Shown piece by piece: positions 43,658 through 53,556 of a stretch of DNA of 64,000 bases. Made by a program: the position numbers and the translations under genes. The stretch lies in assembly GCA_963776495.1 (NCBI GenBank), contig CAVZMW010000006.1, positions 843,211 to 907,210 of the forward strand, written 5' to 3'. Origin of the DNA: an uncultured Acidobacteriota bacterium (GTDB taxonomy: Bacteria; Acidobacteriota; Vicinamibacteria; Vicinamibacterales; Fen-181). Every line of letters starts with the position of its first letter. The first letter of the stretch is position 1. The notes under the pieces were generated by a model. The model saw only the letters and a program-made list of their open reading frames with translations. It searched no databases and had not been told where the DNA came from.

Positions 43658-44506
43658 ATGTCCTGCCCGATCTGTCACGACACCCGCTGGAAGATCGTGG
43701 AACGCGACGGCGTGCGGCGGGCCGCGCGCTGCGACTGCTGGCGTGCGGCGACCGTCGATCGGCTGATGGCCGACTCGCGCATCCCGAGGCGCTACCTGCA
43801 CTGCAGTTTCGAGAACTTCGTCCAGTACCCGAATGAGAAGCTCCTGGGGGCGCTGGCCTGCGCACGGCGTTTCGCCCAGGCGTTTCCGGTCGTCGACAAG
43901 GGGTTGTTCCTCATCGGGCCTCCCGGAGTGGGAAAGAGCCACCTGGCCGTGGCGGCTCTCCGGCAGGTGATCCTCACCCGCGGCGCTCACGGGCTGTTCT
44001 ACGACGTGCGGGAGTTGCTGAAGGTCATTCGCAGCACGTACAACCCGGTGGTGAAGGCGACCGAGTTCGACGTCCTGCGGCCGGTAATGGCCGCCGAATT
44101 GCTCGTCCTCGACGACATCGGCGCGGAGAAGACGTCGGAGTGGGTCGAGGAGACGCTGAACCTCATCGTCTCCACGCGGTACAACGAGCGGCGTCTCACG
44201 ATCTTCACGTCGAACTACGAAGTGAAGGAAGACAGCTCCGACCCGGACTCGCTGCAGGCGCGAGTCGGATTCCGGATGCACTCGCGGCTCTTCGAGATGT
44301 GCGACTTCGTCGACTATACGGGCGCGGACTACCGACTGCTGCCGCCGAACGGCGGCCCCGAGGACCTGCTCGACATGTGGAAGCTCCAGGGCCGGCCCGC
44401 GGGGCTGCCGCGCCGCACCGGCGGCACGGCGCGCGCGCAACTGCGGCGTCCCGACCCGAAGGCCGACGTCGCGTGGCCCGGAGGCCGAGCGGGGAGCGGG
44501 CACTGA
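43658..44506 (+). CDS. DnaC/DnaI/IstB-like AAA+ ATPase with an N-terminal 4-Cys zinc-ribbon-like segment (putative helicase loader)
   Basis: CPICHDTRW...CDC; Walker A GPPGVGKSHLA; Walker B LLVLDDIG; sensor FTSNY. No IstA-type transposase lies adjacent. Confidence 0.75.
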   Translation: MSCPICHDTRWKIVERDGVRRAARCDCWRAATVDRLMADSRIPRRYLHCSFENFVQYPNEKLLGALACARRFAQAFPVVDKGLFLIGPPGVGKSHLAVAALRQVILTRGAHGLFYDVRELLKVIRSTYNPVVKATEFDVLRPVMAAELLVLDDIGAEKTSEWVEETLNLIVSTRYNERRLTIFTSNYEVKEDSSDPDSLQARVGFRMHSRLFEMCDFVDYTGADYRLLPPNGGPEDLLDMWKLQGRPAGLPRRTGGTARAQLRRPDPKADVAWPGGRAGSGH

Positions 44507-45688
44507 CGGGCGGCGGCTCCGCGCGCCTCGGCCTCTACCTGCACGTCCCCTTCTGCGCCGCGCTCTGCCGGTACTGCACCTTCACCCGATGCGTCACCGA
44601 CACCGGCCTCGAGCGCCGCTACGTCGCGGCGCTCGCCCGGGAGATCCGGGCCGGCCTGGCCCTCGCCGATGCGCCCGCCGGGCCGCCCCGCGCGGCCGAC
44701 ACGATCTACTTCGGCGGCGGCACCCCGTCGCTGCTCGATCCGTCCGACATCGCATCGATCGTCCGCGCCTGCCGGGACACGTTCGACGTGGACGCGGGCG
44801 CGGAGATCACGCTCGAGGCGAATCCCGAGACGGTGACGCTCGACCGGCTGGCCGGCTACCGCGAGGCCGGCGTCAACCGGCTGAGCCTCGGCGTGCAGTC
44901 GTTCCTCGACGCGGAACTCTCGCGCCTCGGCCGGATCCACGACCAGGCGCGCGCGCGCCGGGCGTTCGACGACGCCCGCCGGGCCGGCTTCGACAATATC
45001 AGCCTCGACCTGATGCTGGGGCTCCCGGGCCAGTCACTCGCCGACCTCCGCGTGTCGGTCCGCGCGCTCGCCGGCCTCGCGCCCGAGCACGCGTCGGTCT
45101 ACCTGCTCGAGATCTACCCGCAGTCGCCGCTCGCCGCCGAGATCGATCGGCAGCAGTGGATCCGCGTGTCCGACGACGACGCGGCGGACATGTATCTGGA
45201 GACGATGGCCAGCCTCGAGGCGGCCGGCTACGAGCAGTACGAACTCTCCAACCTCGCGCGGCCGGGCCGGGCGTCGAGGCACAATCTCAAGTACTGGAGC
45301 GACGGCGCGTGGGCGGGGTTCGGCTGCGGCGCCCACTCGACAGTGGGGGACGAGCGGTGGAACAATGTACCTCTCGGTTCCCGAATACTTGGCGCTGGTC
45401 GAAGACGGCAGGTCGCCGGTGGCCGAGCGACGGCGCCGGACGGCGCGCGAGAGGCTGGAAGAGGCGATGTTCATGGGCCTGCGCCTCACCCGGGGCGTGG
45501 CGCTCGCGCGGATTCGAGCCGAGTATGGCGTGGACGTGGCGGCTCGGTGGGGGCCCCGGCTCGCGGAGTTCGAGGAGGCCGGGCTGCTGGAGCTGGACGA
45601 ACGGCGGCTTCGGCTGACGCGGCGCGGCATGCTGCTGGCGAATGACGTAATGAGCGCTTTCCTCGAGGCGGGCAGTACGGTAAAGTAA
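44473..45688 (+). pseudogene. hemW: HemW/HemN-like radical-SAM protein interrupted by a +1 frame change near 45364-45385
   Basis: Frame 1 carries LYLHVPFCAALCRYCTF (CxxxCxxC), GGGTPS and ...GCGAHSTVGDERWNN. The HemN_C part (EYLALVEDGRSPVAE...FMGLRLTRGV...LTRRGMLLANDVMSAF) continues in the +1 frame (track ORF 45365-45688). The start (GTG 44473 or CTG 44503) is uncertain. Confidence 0.7.
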
Positions 45689-45723
45689 CCGTCCTTCCGA
45701 CCTGATTGGCCAAGGAGGCCTGC

Positions 45724-46227
45724 ATGCGACTGACTTGGATCACGTTCGGTTCCCTTCGCCGCCCCGTTCTGGCCGGCCTGGTGCTCGCCTTCGTCCTCGG
45801 CACGGCGAGCGCGTCGTTCGCACAGGCGGCCCCCGCGCAGGCCCCTGCCGCCGAGAAGCCGGCGCTGACGTTCCAGCACGATGCCGGGTTGATCATCTTC
45901 TACATCAAGCCTGACAAGACGGCCGACTTCGAAGACATGATGAACAAGCTGAAGGAGGCGCTCGCGAAGTCGGACGCGCCCGAGGCCAAGCAGCAGGCCG
46001 CCAGCATGAAGCTCTACAAGAACACGGCGGCGGTCCCGTCGATGGCCCAGTACGTGCTCTTCGCCGATCCGGTCGTGAAGGACATCGAGTACTGGTTCCT
46101 GTCGATCCTCTACAAGGCCTATCCGGCAGACGCGCAGGCCCTCTTCGCGAAGTGGCAGGACGTCAAGATGGCCACGCCGGCGCAGCCGACGATCATCGAT
46201 CTCGCGCAGGTCATGAAGTTCCAGTAG
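45724..46227 (+). CDS. Exported hypothetical protein
   Basis: ATG at 45724 with AAGGAGG 5 nt upstream. Signal peptide ...ASASFAQA. No recognisable motifs. Confidence 0.6.
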   Translation: MRLTWITFGSLRRPVLAGLVLAFVLGTASASFAQAAPAQAPAAEKPALTFQHDAGLIIFYIKPDKTADFEDMMNKLKEALAKSDAPEAKQQAASMKLYKNTAAVPSMAQYVLFADPVVKDIEYWFLSILYKAYPADAQALFAKWQDVKMATPAQPTIIDLAQVMKFQ

Positions 46228-46306
46228 ACGTCGCGCGGACGGCCGGGGCACCGGACCGAGCGTCCGCCGCCTCGCATGCAGCTGGCGCACGCTGGATCCG
46301 GAGGTC

Positions 46307-46335
46307 GGGGGGCGGGCAGTCGCCCCCCGTTTTCC
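46307..46335 (+). terminator. Rho-independent terminator
   Basis: GGGGGGCG-ggcagt-CGCCCCCC followed by GTTTTCC. Confidence 0.65.
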
Positions 46336-46542
46336 TGTACGGCTCTTCCCATGGAACGTCACCTTCGCGCCGACGCCACGTTCCGGGCCCGGCGCTCCGC
46401 CCGACAGGCGAACGCCCGCCCGCCGAGGCCGGCGGTGCTATAGTGAACGCGGTATTCCACTCCACACTGGGCTCGTGCGCCGGGCGGTGACCGCCAATCC
46501 GCCGTCCCGTGAGCGGGCCCGCAGCCGAACGGGACGTCGACC

Positions 46543-47685
46543 ATGGACTTTCGGACCAGCGAGCAGCAGGACATCCTTCGCCGAACCGTGCGCGAGTTCG
46601 CCGAGGCCGAGATCCGGCCTCACGTGATGACGTGGGACGAGGCGCAGCACTTTCCCGTCGAGCTCGTGCCCCGCCTGGGGGCGCTCGGCCTGATGGGCAT
46701 CGAGATCCCGGAGGAGTACGGCGGCGCCGGGATGTCGGCCGTCGACTACTGCATCTGCATCGAGGAACTGGCCCGCGTCGACCCGTCGGTGGCGCTGTCG
46801 GTGGCCGCGCACAACGGCTTGTGCACGGCGCACATCTTCATGTTCGGGACCGAGGCGCAGAAGCGCCGTTACGTGGGGCCGCTCGCGCGCGGCGAGCAGA
46901 TCGGCGCGTGGGGACTCACCGAGCCGCAGGCCGGCAGCGACGCCGGCGCGGTCCAGACGCGCGCCGTCCGCACGCCGGGCGGCTGGGTGATCAACGGCTC
47001 CAAGGCGTTCACCACCCACGGCCGCGTCGGTCACGTCATGGTCGCGATGGCCGTCACCGACCGCGCCGCCGGCCGCCACGGCATCTCGGCGTTCATCGTC
47101 GAGCGCGGCACCCCCGGCATGGCGCCCGGGCGCAAGGAGAACAAGCTCGGGATGCGCGCGAGCGACACGAGCGAGGTCGTCTTCACCGACTGCCACGTCG
47201 ACGACGGGCAGCGGCTCGGGAAGGCAGGGGAGGGATTCCTCAACGCGATGCGCGTGCTCGACGCCGGGCGCATCGGGATCGCGGCGCTCGCCGTCGGCCT
47301 CGCGCAGGGCGCCCACGAGGCCGCGCTGAAGTACGCGAAGCAGCGGCAGCAGTTCGGCCGGACGATCTCGTCCTACCAGGCCATCCAGTGGAAGCTGGCC
47401 GACGACGCGACGGCAATCGACGCCGCGCGGCTGCTGACCTACCGGGCGGCGGCGTTGCAGGACGCCGGCGCCGTGCGGACCACGCGCGAGTCGGCGATGG
47501 CCAAGCTGTTCGCCAGCGAGGCCGCCGTGCGGGCCGCCGAGAACGGCGTCCAGATCCACGGCGGGTACGGCTTCGTCAAGGACTACCCGGCCGAGAAGTA
47601 CTTCCGCGACGTGAAGCTGACGACCATCGGCGAGGGGACGAGCGAGATCCAGCGGTTGGTCATCGCCAGGGAACTCCTTATATAA
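46543..47685 (+). CDS. Acyl-CoA dehydrogenase (short/medium-chain type)
   Basis: [10 protein letters not shown], the [11 protein letters not shown] region and the C-terminal [14 protein letters not shown]-type motif ([14 protein letters not shown]). Confidence 0.95.
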   Translation: MDFRTSEQQDILRRTVREFAEAEIRPHVMTWDEAQHFPVELVPRLGALGLMGIEIPEEYGGAGMSAVDYCICIEELARVDPSVALSVAAHNGLCTAHIFMFGTEAQKRRYVGPLARGEQIGAWGLTEPQAGSDAGAVQTRAVRTPGGWVINGSKAFTTHGRVGHVMVAMAVTDRAAGRHGISAFIVERGTPGMAPGRKENKLGMRASDTSEVVFTDCHVDDGQRLGKAGEGFLNAMRVLDAGRIGIAALAVGLAQGAHEAALKYAKQRQQFGRTISSYQAIQWKLADDATAIDAARLLTYRAAALQDAGAVRTTRESAMAKLFASEAAVRAAENGVQIHGGYGFVKDYPAEKYFRDVKLTTIGEGTSEIQRLVIARELLI

Positions 47686-47726
47686 TTCCGGCTCTTGTCC
47701 GCCGTGCCGCGGACGGGAGGAGGGTT

Positions 47727-48584
47727 ATGGCGGCCCAGGTTGGCATCATCGGCGGCAGCGGCCTGTACGACATGGCCGACCTGACCGACCGCGAAGAGGT
47801 CGTTGTCCGCACGCCGTTCGGCGAGCCGTCGGGCCCGTACGTCCTGGGCACGCTTCGCGGCCGGCGCGTGGCGTTCCTGGCCCGCCACGGCCTCGGCCAC
47901 CGGCTGCTGCCGAGCGAGCTGAACTTCCGGGCGAACGTCTATGGCTTCAAGACGCTCGGCGTCGAGCGGATCGTGTCGGCCAGCGCCGTCGGCAGCCTGA
48001 AGATGGAGTACCCGCCGCAGACCATCGTCATCCCCGACCAGTTCTTCGACCGGACCCGGGGGCGCGTCAGCACGTTCTTCGGCCGCGGGCTGGTGGCGCA
48101 CGTGTCGTTCGCGCACCCGGTGTGCGGTCACCTCTCGCGCACGGCGCACGAGGCGGCGGTGTCGGTCGGCGCGCGCGCGCACCTCGGCGGCACCTACGTG
48201 TGCATGGAAGGGCCGCAGTTCTCGACGCTCGCCGAGTCGCAGCTCTACCGGACGTGGGGGATGGACGTGATCGGGATGACGAACCTCCAGGAGGCGAAGC
48301 TCGCCCGCGAGGCGGAGATCTGCTACGCGACGCTCGCCCTGGTCACCGACTACGACTGCTGGCATCCCGAGCACGACTCGGTGACGGTCGAGATGATCGT
48401 CGCCAACCTGATCCAGAACGCGAAGACGGCGCAGGCGATCATCGCCGAAACCGTCGGCCGCCTCGACGCCGCGCGCACGTGCCCCTGCGCGACCGCGCTC
48501 GCGAGCGCGATCATCACCAGCCGCGACGCCATCCCGGCCCAGACGCGGGCCGACCTGGCGCCGATCGTCGGGAAGTACCTCTGA
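47727..48584 (+). CDS. mtnP: S-methyl-5'-thioadenosine phosphorylase
   Basis: VGIIGGSGLY, RHG.GH, EGPQFST and GMT motifs. ATG at 47727 with GGGAGGAGGG upstream. The upstream part of the 691-aa track ORF is spurious. Confidence 0.9.
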   Translation: MAAQVGIIGGSGLYDMADLTDREEVVVRTPFGEPSGPYVLGTLRGRRVAFLARHGLGHRLLPSELNFRANVYGFKTLGVERIVSASAVGSLKMEYPPQTIVIPDQFFDRTRGRVSTFFGRGLVAHVSFAHPVCGHLSRTAHEAAVSVGARAHLGGTYVCMEGPQFSTLAESQLYRTWGMDVIGMTNLQEAKLAREAEICYATLALVTDYDCWHPEHDSVTVEMIVANLIQNAKTAQAIIAETVGRLDAARTCPCATALASAIITSRDAIPAQTRADLAPIVGKYL

Positions 48585-48585
48585 C

Positions 48586-49521
48586 ATGCGCATCATCGTC
48601 ACCGGATCGATCGCCTACGACTACCTGATGTCGTTCCCGGGGAGCTTCAGCGAGCACCTGCTGCCCGATCACCTGAAGCGGGTCAGCCTCAGCTTCCTCG
48701 TGGACTCGATGGACAAGCGGCGGGGCGGCTGCGCTCCCAACATCGCCTACACGCTGGCGCTGCTCGGCGAGCGGCCGCGGCTGATGGGCACGGCGGGGCA
48801 GGACTTCGACGAGTACCGGCACTGGCTCGAGTCGGCCGGCGTCGACAGCTCGCTCGTCAGGCAGGTGCCGGGGAAGTTCACCGCGTCCTTCTTCTGCAGC
48901 ACCGACCGCGACGGCAACCAGATCGCCTCCTTCTACACCGGCGCCATGGCGCACGCCGCGGAGCTGAGCTTCGCCGAGGCGGGGCCGTGCGACCTCACCA
49001 TCATCTCGCCCAACGATCCGGCCGCGATGGTGCAGTACGGCCGCGAGTGCCGCGAGCTCGGGATCAAGTACATCTACGACCCGAGCCAGCAGGTGGCGCG
49101 CATGGGCGGCGACGACCTCCGCGGGGGCCTGGTCGGCGCCCACATCGTCATCTGCAACGACTACGAGTACGAGATCATCCGCGAGAAGACCGGGATGGAC
49201 GTGGCCGCGATGCTCGAGCACGCCGCCGCCGTCGTGGTGACCAGGGGGGAGAAGGGCGCCGCGATCACGCTCCGCGACCGGACGATCGACGTGCCCGCGG
49301 TGGCGCCGACGGCGATGGTCGACCCGACCGGGGTCGGCGACGCGTTCCGCGGCGGGTTCATGAAGGGACTCGCGATGGGCGCCGACTACGAGGTGTGCGG
49401 CCGGATGGGCAGCGTGGCCGCCGCCTACGCCCTCGAGCACATGGGCGGGTCGAGCCACACATACAGCCTCGAAGAATTCAGGGCCCGTTACGCCAGGCAT
49501 TTCGGGCCACTCGCGATCTGA
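48586..49521 (+). CDS. PfkB-family carbohydrate/nucleoside kinase (adenosine-kinase-like)
   Basis: GGCAPNIAY and DPTGVGDAFRGGF (the PfkB C-terminal signature). Starts 1 nt after the mtnP stop. Confidence 0.85.
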   Translation: MRIIVTGSIAYDYLMSFPGSFSEHLLPDHLKRVSLSFLVDSMDKRRGGCAPNIAYTLALLGERPRLMGTAGQDFDEYRHWLESAGVDSSLVRQVPGKFTASFFCSTDRDGNQIASFYTGAMAHAAELSFAEAGPCDLTIISPNDPAAMVQYGRECRELGIKYIYDPSQQVARMGGDDLRGGLVGAHIVICNDYEYEIIREKTGMDVAAMLEHAAAVVVTRGEKGAAITLRDRTIDVPAVAPTAMVDPTGVGDAFRGGFMKGLAMGADYEVCGRMGSVAAAYALEHMGGSSHTYSLEEFRARYARHFGPLAI

Positions 49522-49530
49522 GAAGCTGGT

Positions 49531-49678
49531 CATCGTGCGATCGTGCGAAGTCAGAAGTACGAAGTACGAGGTGTGAAGGCGCGTCGGTGGCGGCCCGGTA
49601 GCTACGCCGCCGCACCCCGTCGTTCGAACTTCCTACTTCGAACTTCGTACTTCGCAAGATCGCAAGATCTCACGATGT
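49531..49678. repeat. About 147-nt imperfect palindrome built from 8-mer (ATCGTGCG/CGCAAGAT) and 7-mer (AGTACGA) arrays
   Basis: The left end CATCGTG is the exact complement of the right end CACGATG. The inner arms are agaagtacgaagtacgagg and cttcctacttcgaacttcgtacttc. Confidence 0.85.
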
Positions 49679-49688
49679 AGAATACCCC

Positions 49689-50204
49689 GTGCCCGCGACC
49701 CCAATCCAACGCCTGCTCGCGCGGGCGCTGCCCGTGTTGGCCGTGGCGTGGCCCGTCCTCATCCTGCTCGCGCCCTGGCTCGGGTCGGGCGCCGCGGGCG
49801 GTCGCGGCACGGCCTGGCTGTCGGCGGCGGCCTACACTCTGGGCTCGCTCGTCTGCCACCAGCGGCCCGAGCGGTCGTTCCACCTGGCGGGCGCCCAGTT
49901 GCCGGTGTGCGCGCGGTGCACCGGGCTTTACGTGTCGGGCGCGGTCGGCGTGATCGTCGCCCGGTGGCGAGGCTGGCCGGCCCCGTCCGCGCGCGGGCGG
50001 TCGTGGCGGGGCCCGCTCGTGCTGGCCGCGCTGCCGACCGTCGCGACGCTCGCCGTCGAGTGGTGGTGGCCGGCGGCCACGTCGAAGGCCGTGCGCGCGC
50101 TCGCCGCGGTGCCGGCAGGCGTCGTGGCGGGACTGCTGCTGGCCGAGTTCTCGGGCTTTCGGAGTAGACTAAACGGATGCGACCCGACGCGACGAAGCGA
50201 CTAG
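49689..50204 (+). CDS. DUF2085-type membrane protein
   Basis: CHQRPERSF...PVCARCTGLY is the DUF2085 signature, as recalled. GTG start. Confidence 0.75.
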   Translation: MPATPIQRLLARALPVLAVAWPVLILLAPWLGSGAAGGRGTAWLSAAAYTLGSLVCHQRPERSFHLAGAQLPVCARCTGLYVSGAVGVIVARWRGWPAPSARGRSWRGPLVLAALPTVATLAVEWWWPAATSKAVRALAAVPAGVVAGLLLAEFSGFRSRLNGCDPTRRSD

Positions 50205-50569
50205 ATCGGAGCGGCCTCGTGCTGCTGGCGCTCGCCGCCTGGCTGGTGCCGGGCAGCGGCCACGTGTGGCTGGGCCGGCGGCAAAAGGGCCTGGTGTTCC
50301 TCGTCACGCTGACCGCGATGTTCGCCTTCGGCCTGGCCCTCCAGGGGCGGATCTTCCCGTTCGACTCGTCCGAGCCGCTCGTCTTCCTGGCCGCGATTGC
50401 CAACCTGGCGATGGGGCTGCCGTATTTCCTCGCGCGCGCGATCGGCTTCGACCAGGGCCAGGTGGCGGCGGTTACCTTCGAGTACGCCAACGCGTTCATG
50501 ATCGTGGCGGGCCTGCTCAACATGCTGGTCGTGCTCGACGCCTTCGACACGGCCGTCGGGCGCAAGTGA
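50177..50569 (+). CDS. Hypothetical 4-TM membrane protein
   Basis: Hydrophobic helices. The GSGHVWLGRRQKG motif resembles small membrane proteins of unknown function. Overlaps the upstream gene by 28 nt. Confidence 0.6.
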   Translation: MRPDATKRLDRSGLVLLALAAWLVPGSGHVWLGRRQKGLVFLVTLTAMFAFGLALQGRIFPFDSSEPLVFLAAIANLAMGLPYFLARAIGFDQGQVAAVTFEYANAFMIVAGLLNMLVVLDAFDTAVGRK

Positions 50570-50575
50570 GGGGTT

Positions 50576-50743
50576 GTGACGAGCCACTTCCTGCTGATGG
50601 TCGTCTTCTCGCTGATGGTCGCGGTGGTGTTCGCGTTCCTGATGCGGGACCAGCCGCGCGAGCAGCTGCGGTTCGGCGCCGTCGTCTTCGGCGGGTTCGT
50701 CCTGAGCGCCCTGGCGCTCGGGTGGCTGATGTTCCCCTTCTGA
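50576..50743 (+). CDS. Possible 55-aa two-TM membrane peptide (not in the supplied ORF track)
   Basis: GTG at 50576, 7 nt after the upstream stop. Encodes VTSHFLLMVVFSLMVAVVFAFLMRDQPREQLRFGAVVFGGFVLSALALGWLMFPF and ends at TGA 50741-43. It fills an otherwise unexplained gap. Confidence 0.35.
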   Translation: MTSHFLLMVVFSLMVAVVFAFLMRDQPREQLRFGAVVFGGFVLSALALGWLMFPF

Positions 50744-50760
50744 ACGGTGGAGGTCCCGCG

Positions 50761-51543
50761 ATGTCGTTCGAAAACCTCCGGATCGAGCATGACGGCGCCG
50801 TCACGGTCGTCACGATCGACCGCCGCCCGGTGCTGAACGCCCTCGACCGCGCGACGCTCGACCAGCTCCGCGTGGCCTTCCTCGAGCTGCGGCACGACGG
50901 CGGCGTCCGCTCGGTGATCCTCACCGGCGCAGGCGAGAAGGCCTTCGTGGCCGGCGCCGACATCCACGAGCTCGAGCGCCTGTCGCCGACCGAGGCCGAG
51001 GCGTACGCGCTCGCCGGCCAGCACGTGTTCGACCTCGTCGAGCACCTCGGCAAGCCGGTGGTCGCCGCGGTGAACGGGTTCGCGCTCGGCGGCGGCTGCG
51101 AGCTGGCGATGGCCTGCACGCTGCGCGTGGCGGCCGAGACGGCGCGCTTCGGGCAGCCCGAGGTGAAGCTCGGCGTCACGCCCGGGTTCGCCGGGACGCA
51201 GCGGCTGCCGCGGCTGGTGGGCAAGGGGCGGGCGCTCGACCTGTTGCTCACCGGGCGCACGGCCGACGCGCAGGAGGCGCTGGCCATCGGCCTGGTCACC
51301 CGCGTGGTGCCCGCCGCCGAGCTGATGGCGGCGGCGAAGACGCTCGCCTCGGCGCTGGCGGCGCTGCCGCCGGTGGCGATGCGGTCGATCATCGAGGCGG
51401 TCAACCGCGGCCTCGAGATGGCGTTCACCGAGGCGGAGTTCCTCGAGGCGACGCTGTTCGGCCTCACCTTCTCGACCGCCGACATGCGAGAGGGCACGCG
51501 CGCGTTCCTCGAGAAGCGCATCGCGATCTTCACCGGCCGATGA
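50761..51543 (+). CDS. Enoyl-CoA hydratase/isomerase (crotonase family)
   Basis: ILTGAGEKAFVAGADI and AAVNGFALGGGCELAMAC oxyanion-hole motifs. GGTGGAGG upstream. Confidence 0.9.
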   Translation: MSFENLRIEHDGAVTVVTIDRRPVLNALDRATLDQLRVAFLELRHDGGVRSVILTGAGEKAFVAGADIHELERLSPTEAEAYALAGQHVFDLVEHLGKPVVAAVNGFALGGGCELAMACTLRVAAETARFGQPEVKLGVTPGFAGTQRLPRLVGKGRALDLLLTGRTADAQEALAIGLVTRVVPAAELMAAAKTLASALAALPPVAMRSIIEAVNRGLEMAFTEAEFLEATLFGLTFSTADMREGTRAFLEKRIAIFTGR

Positions 51544-52013
51544 CCAGCAGACCAGGCGCCGAGCCCGCGAGCGAGGAGTTCCGCGCGAGGCGGCGCGCGC
51601 GCGAAGCCGCGCTCCAGATGCTCTACCACTGCGAGGTGGGACACGTGTCGGCCGGCGAGGCGATCGCGGCGCACGGCGAGATCGAGCAGGCCACGCGCCT
51701 CGAGTCGCCGCAGGCCGAGCGCTTCGCGGCGCTGCTGGTCACCGGCACCGTCGAGCACGCCGAGGAGCTCGACCCGGTCGTCGCGGCGAGCGCCGAGCAC
51801 TGGCGGCCCGAGCGGATGGCGACGATCGATCGCCTGATCCTCCGGATGGCCGTGTACCAGCTTCGCTACGTGCCGGACGTGCCGCCGAGCGTCGTCATCA
51901 ACGAGGCGATCGAGCTGGCGCGCCGCTTCGGCGGCGAGGAGTCCGGCCGGTTCGTGAACGGCGTGCTCGACGCCGTCAGGCGCAAGCTGGACGCCGGCGC
52001 CGGGCCGCAGTGA
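51540..52013 (+). CDS. nusB: Transcription antitermination factor NusB
   Basis: REAALQMLY..., IDRLILRMAVYQLRY and INEAIELARRFGGEESGRFVNGVLD motifs. ATGA overlap with the crotonase gene. Confidence 0.85.
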   Translation: MTSRPGAEPASEEFRARRRAREAALQMLYHCEVGHVSAGEAIAAHGEIEQATRLESPQAERFAALLVTGTVEHAEELDPVVAASAEHWRPERMATIDRLILRMAVYQLRYVPDVPPSVVINEAIELARRFGGEESGRFVNGVLDAVRRKLDAGAGPQ

Positions 52014-52041
52014 TCCGGCCGCGCCGGACCCGATACCCGAT

Positions 52042-53544
<1,503 letters not shown>

Positions 53545-53556
53545 AAACCGTTCGCG

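Noticed and set aside
43658-44506. IS21-type mobile element, because of the IstB-like ATPase
   Set aside because: There is no IstA transposase ORF, no terminal inverted repeats and no target duplication flanking it, and its neighbours are housekeeping genes. It is treated as a chromosomal DnaC/DnaI-like gene.
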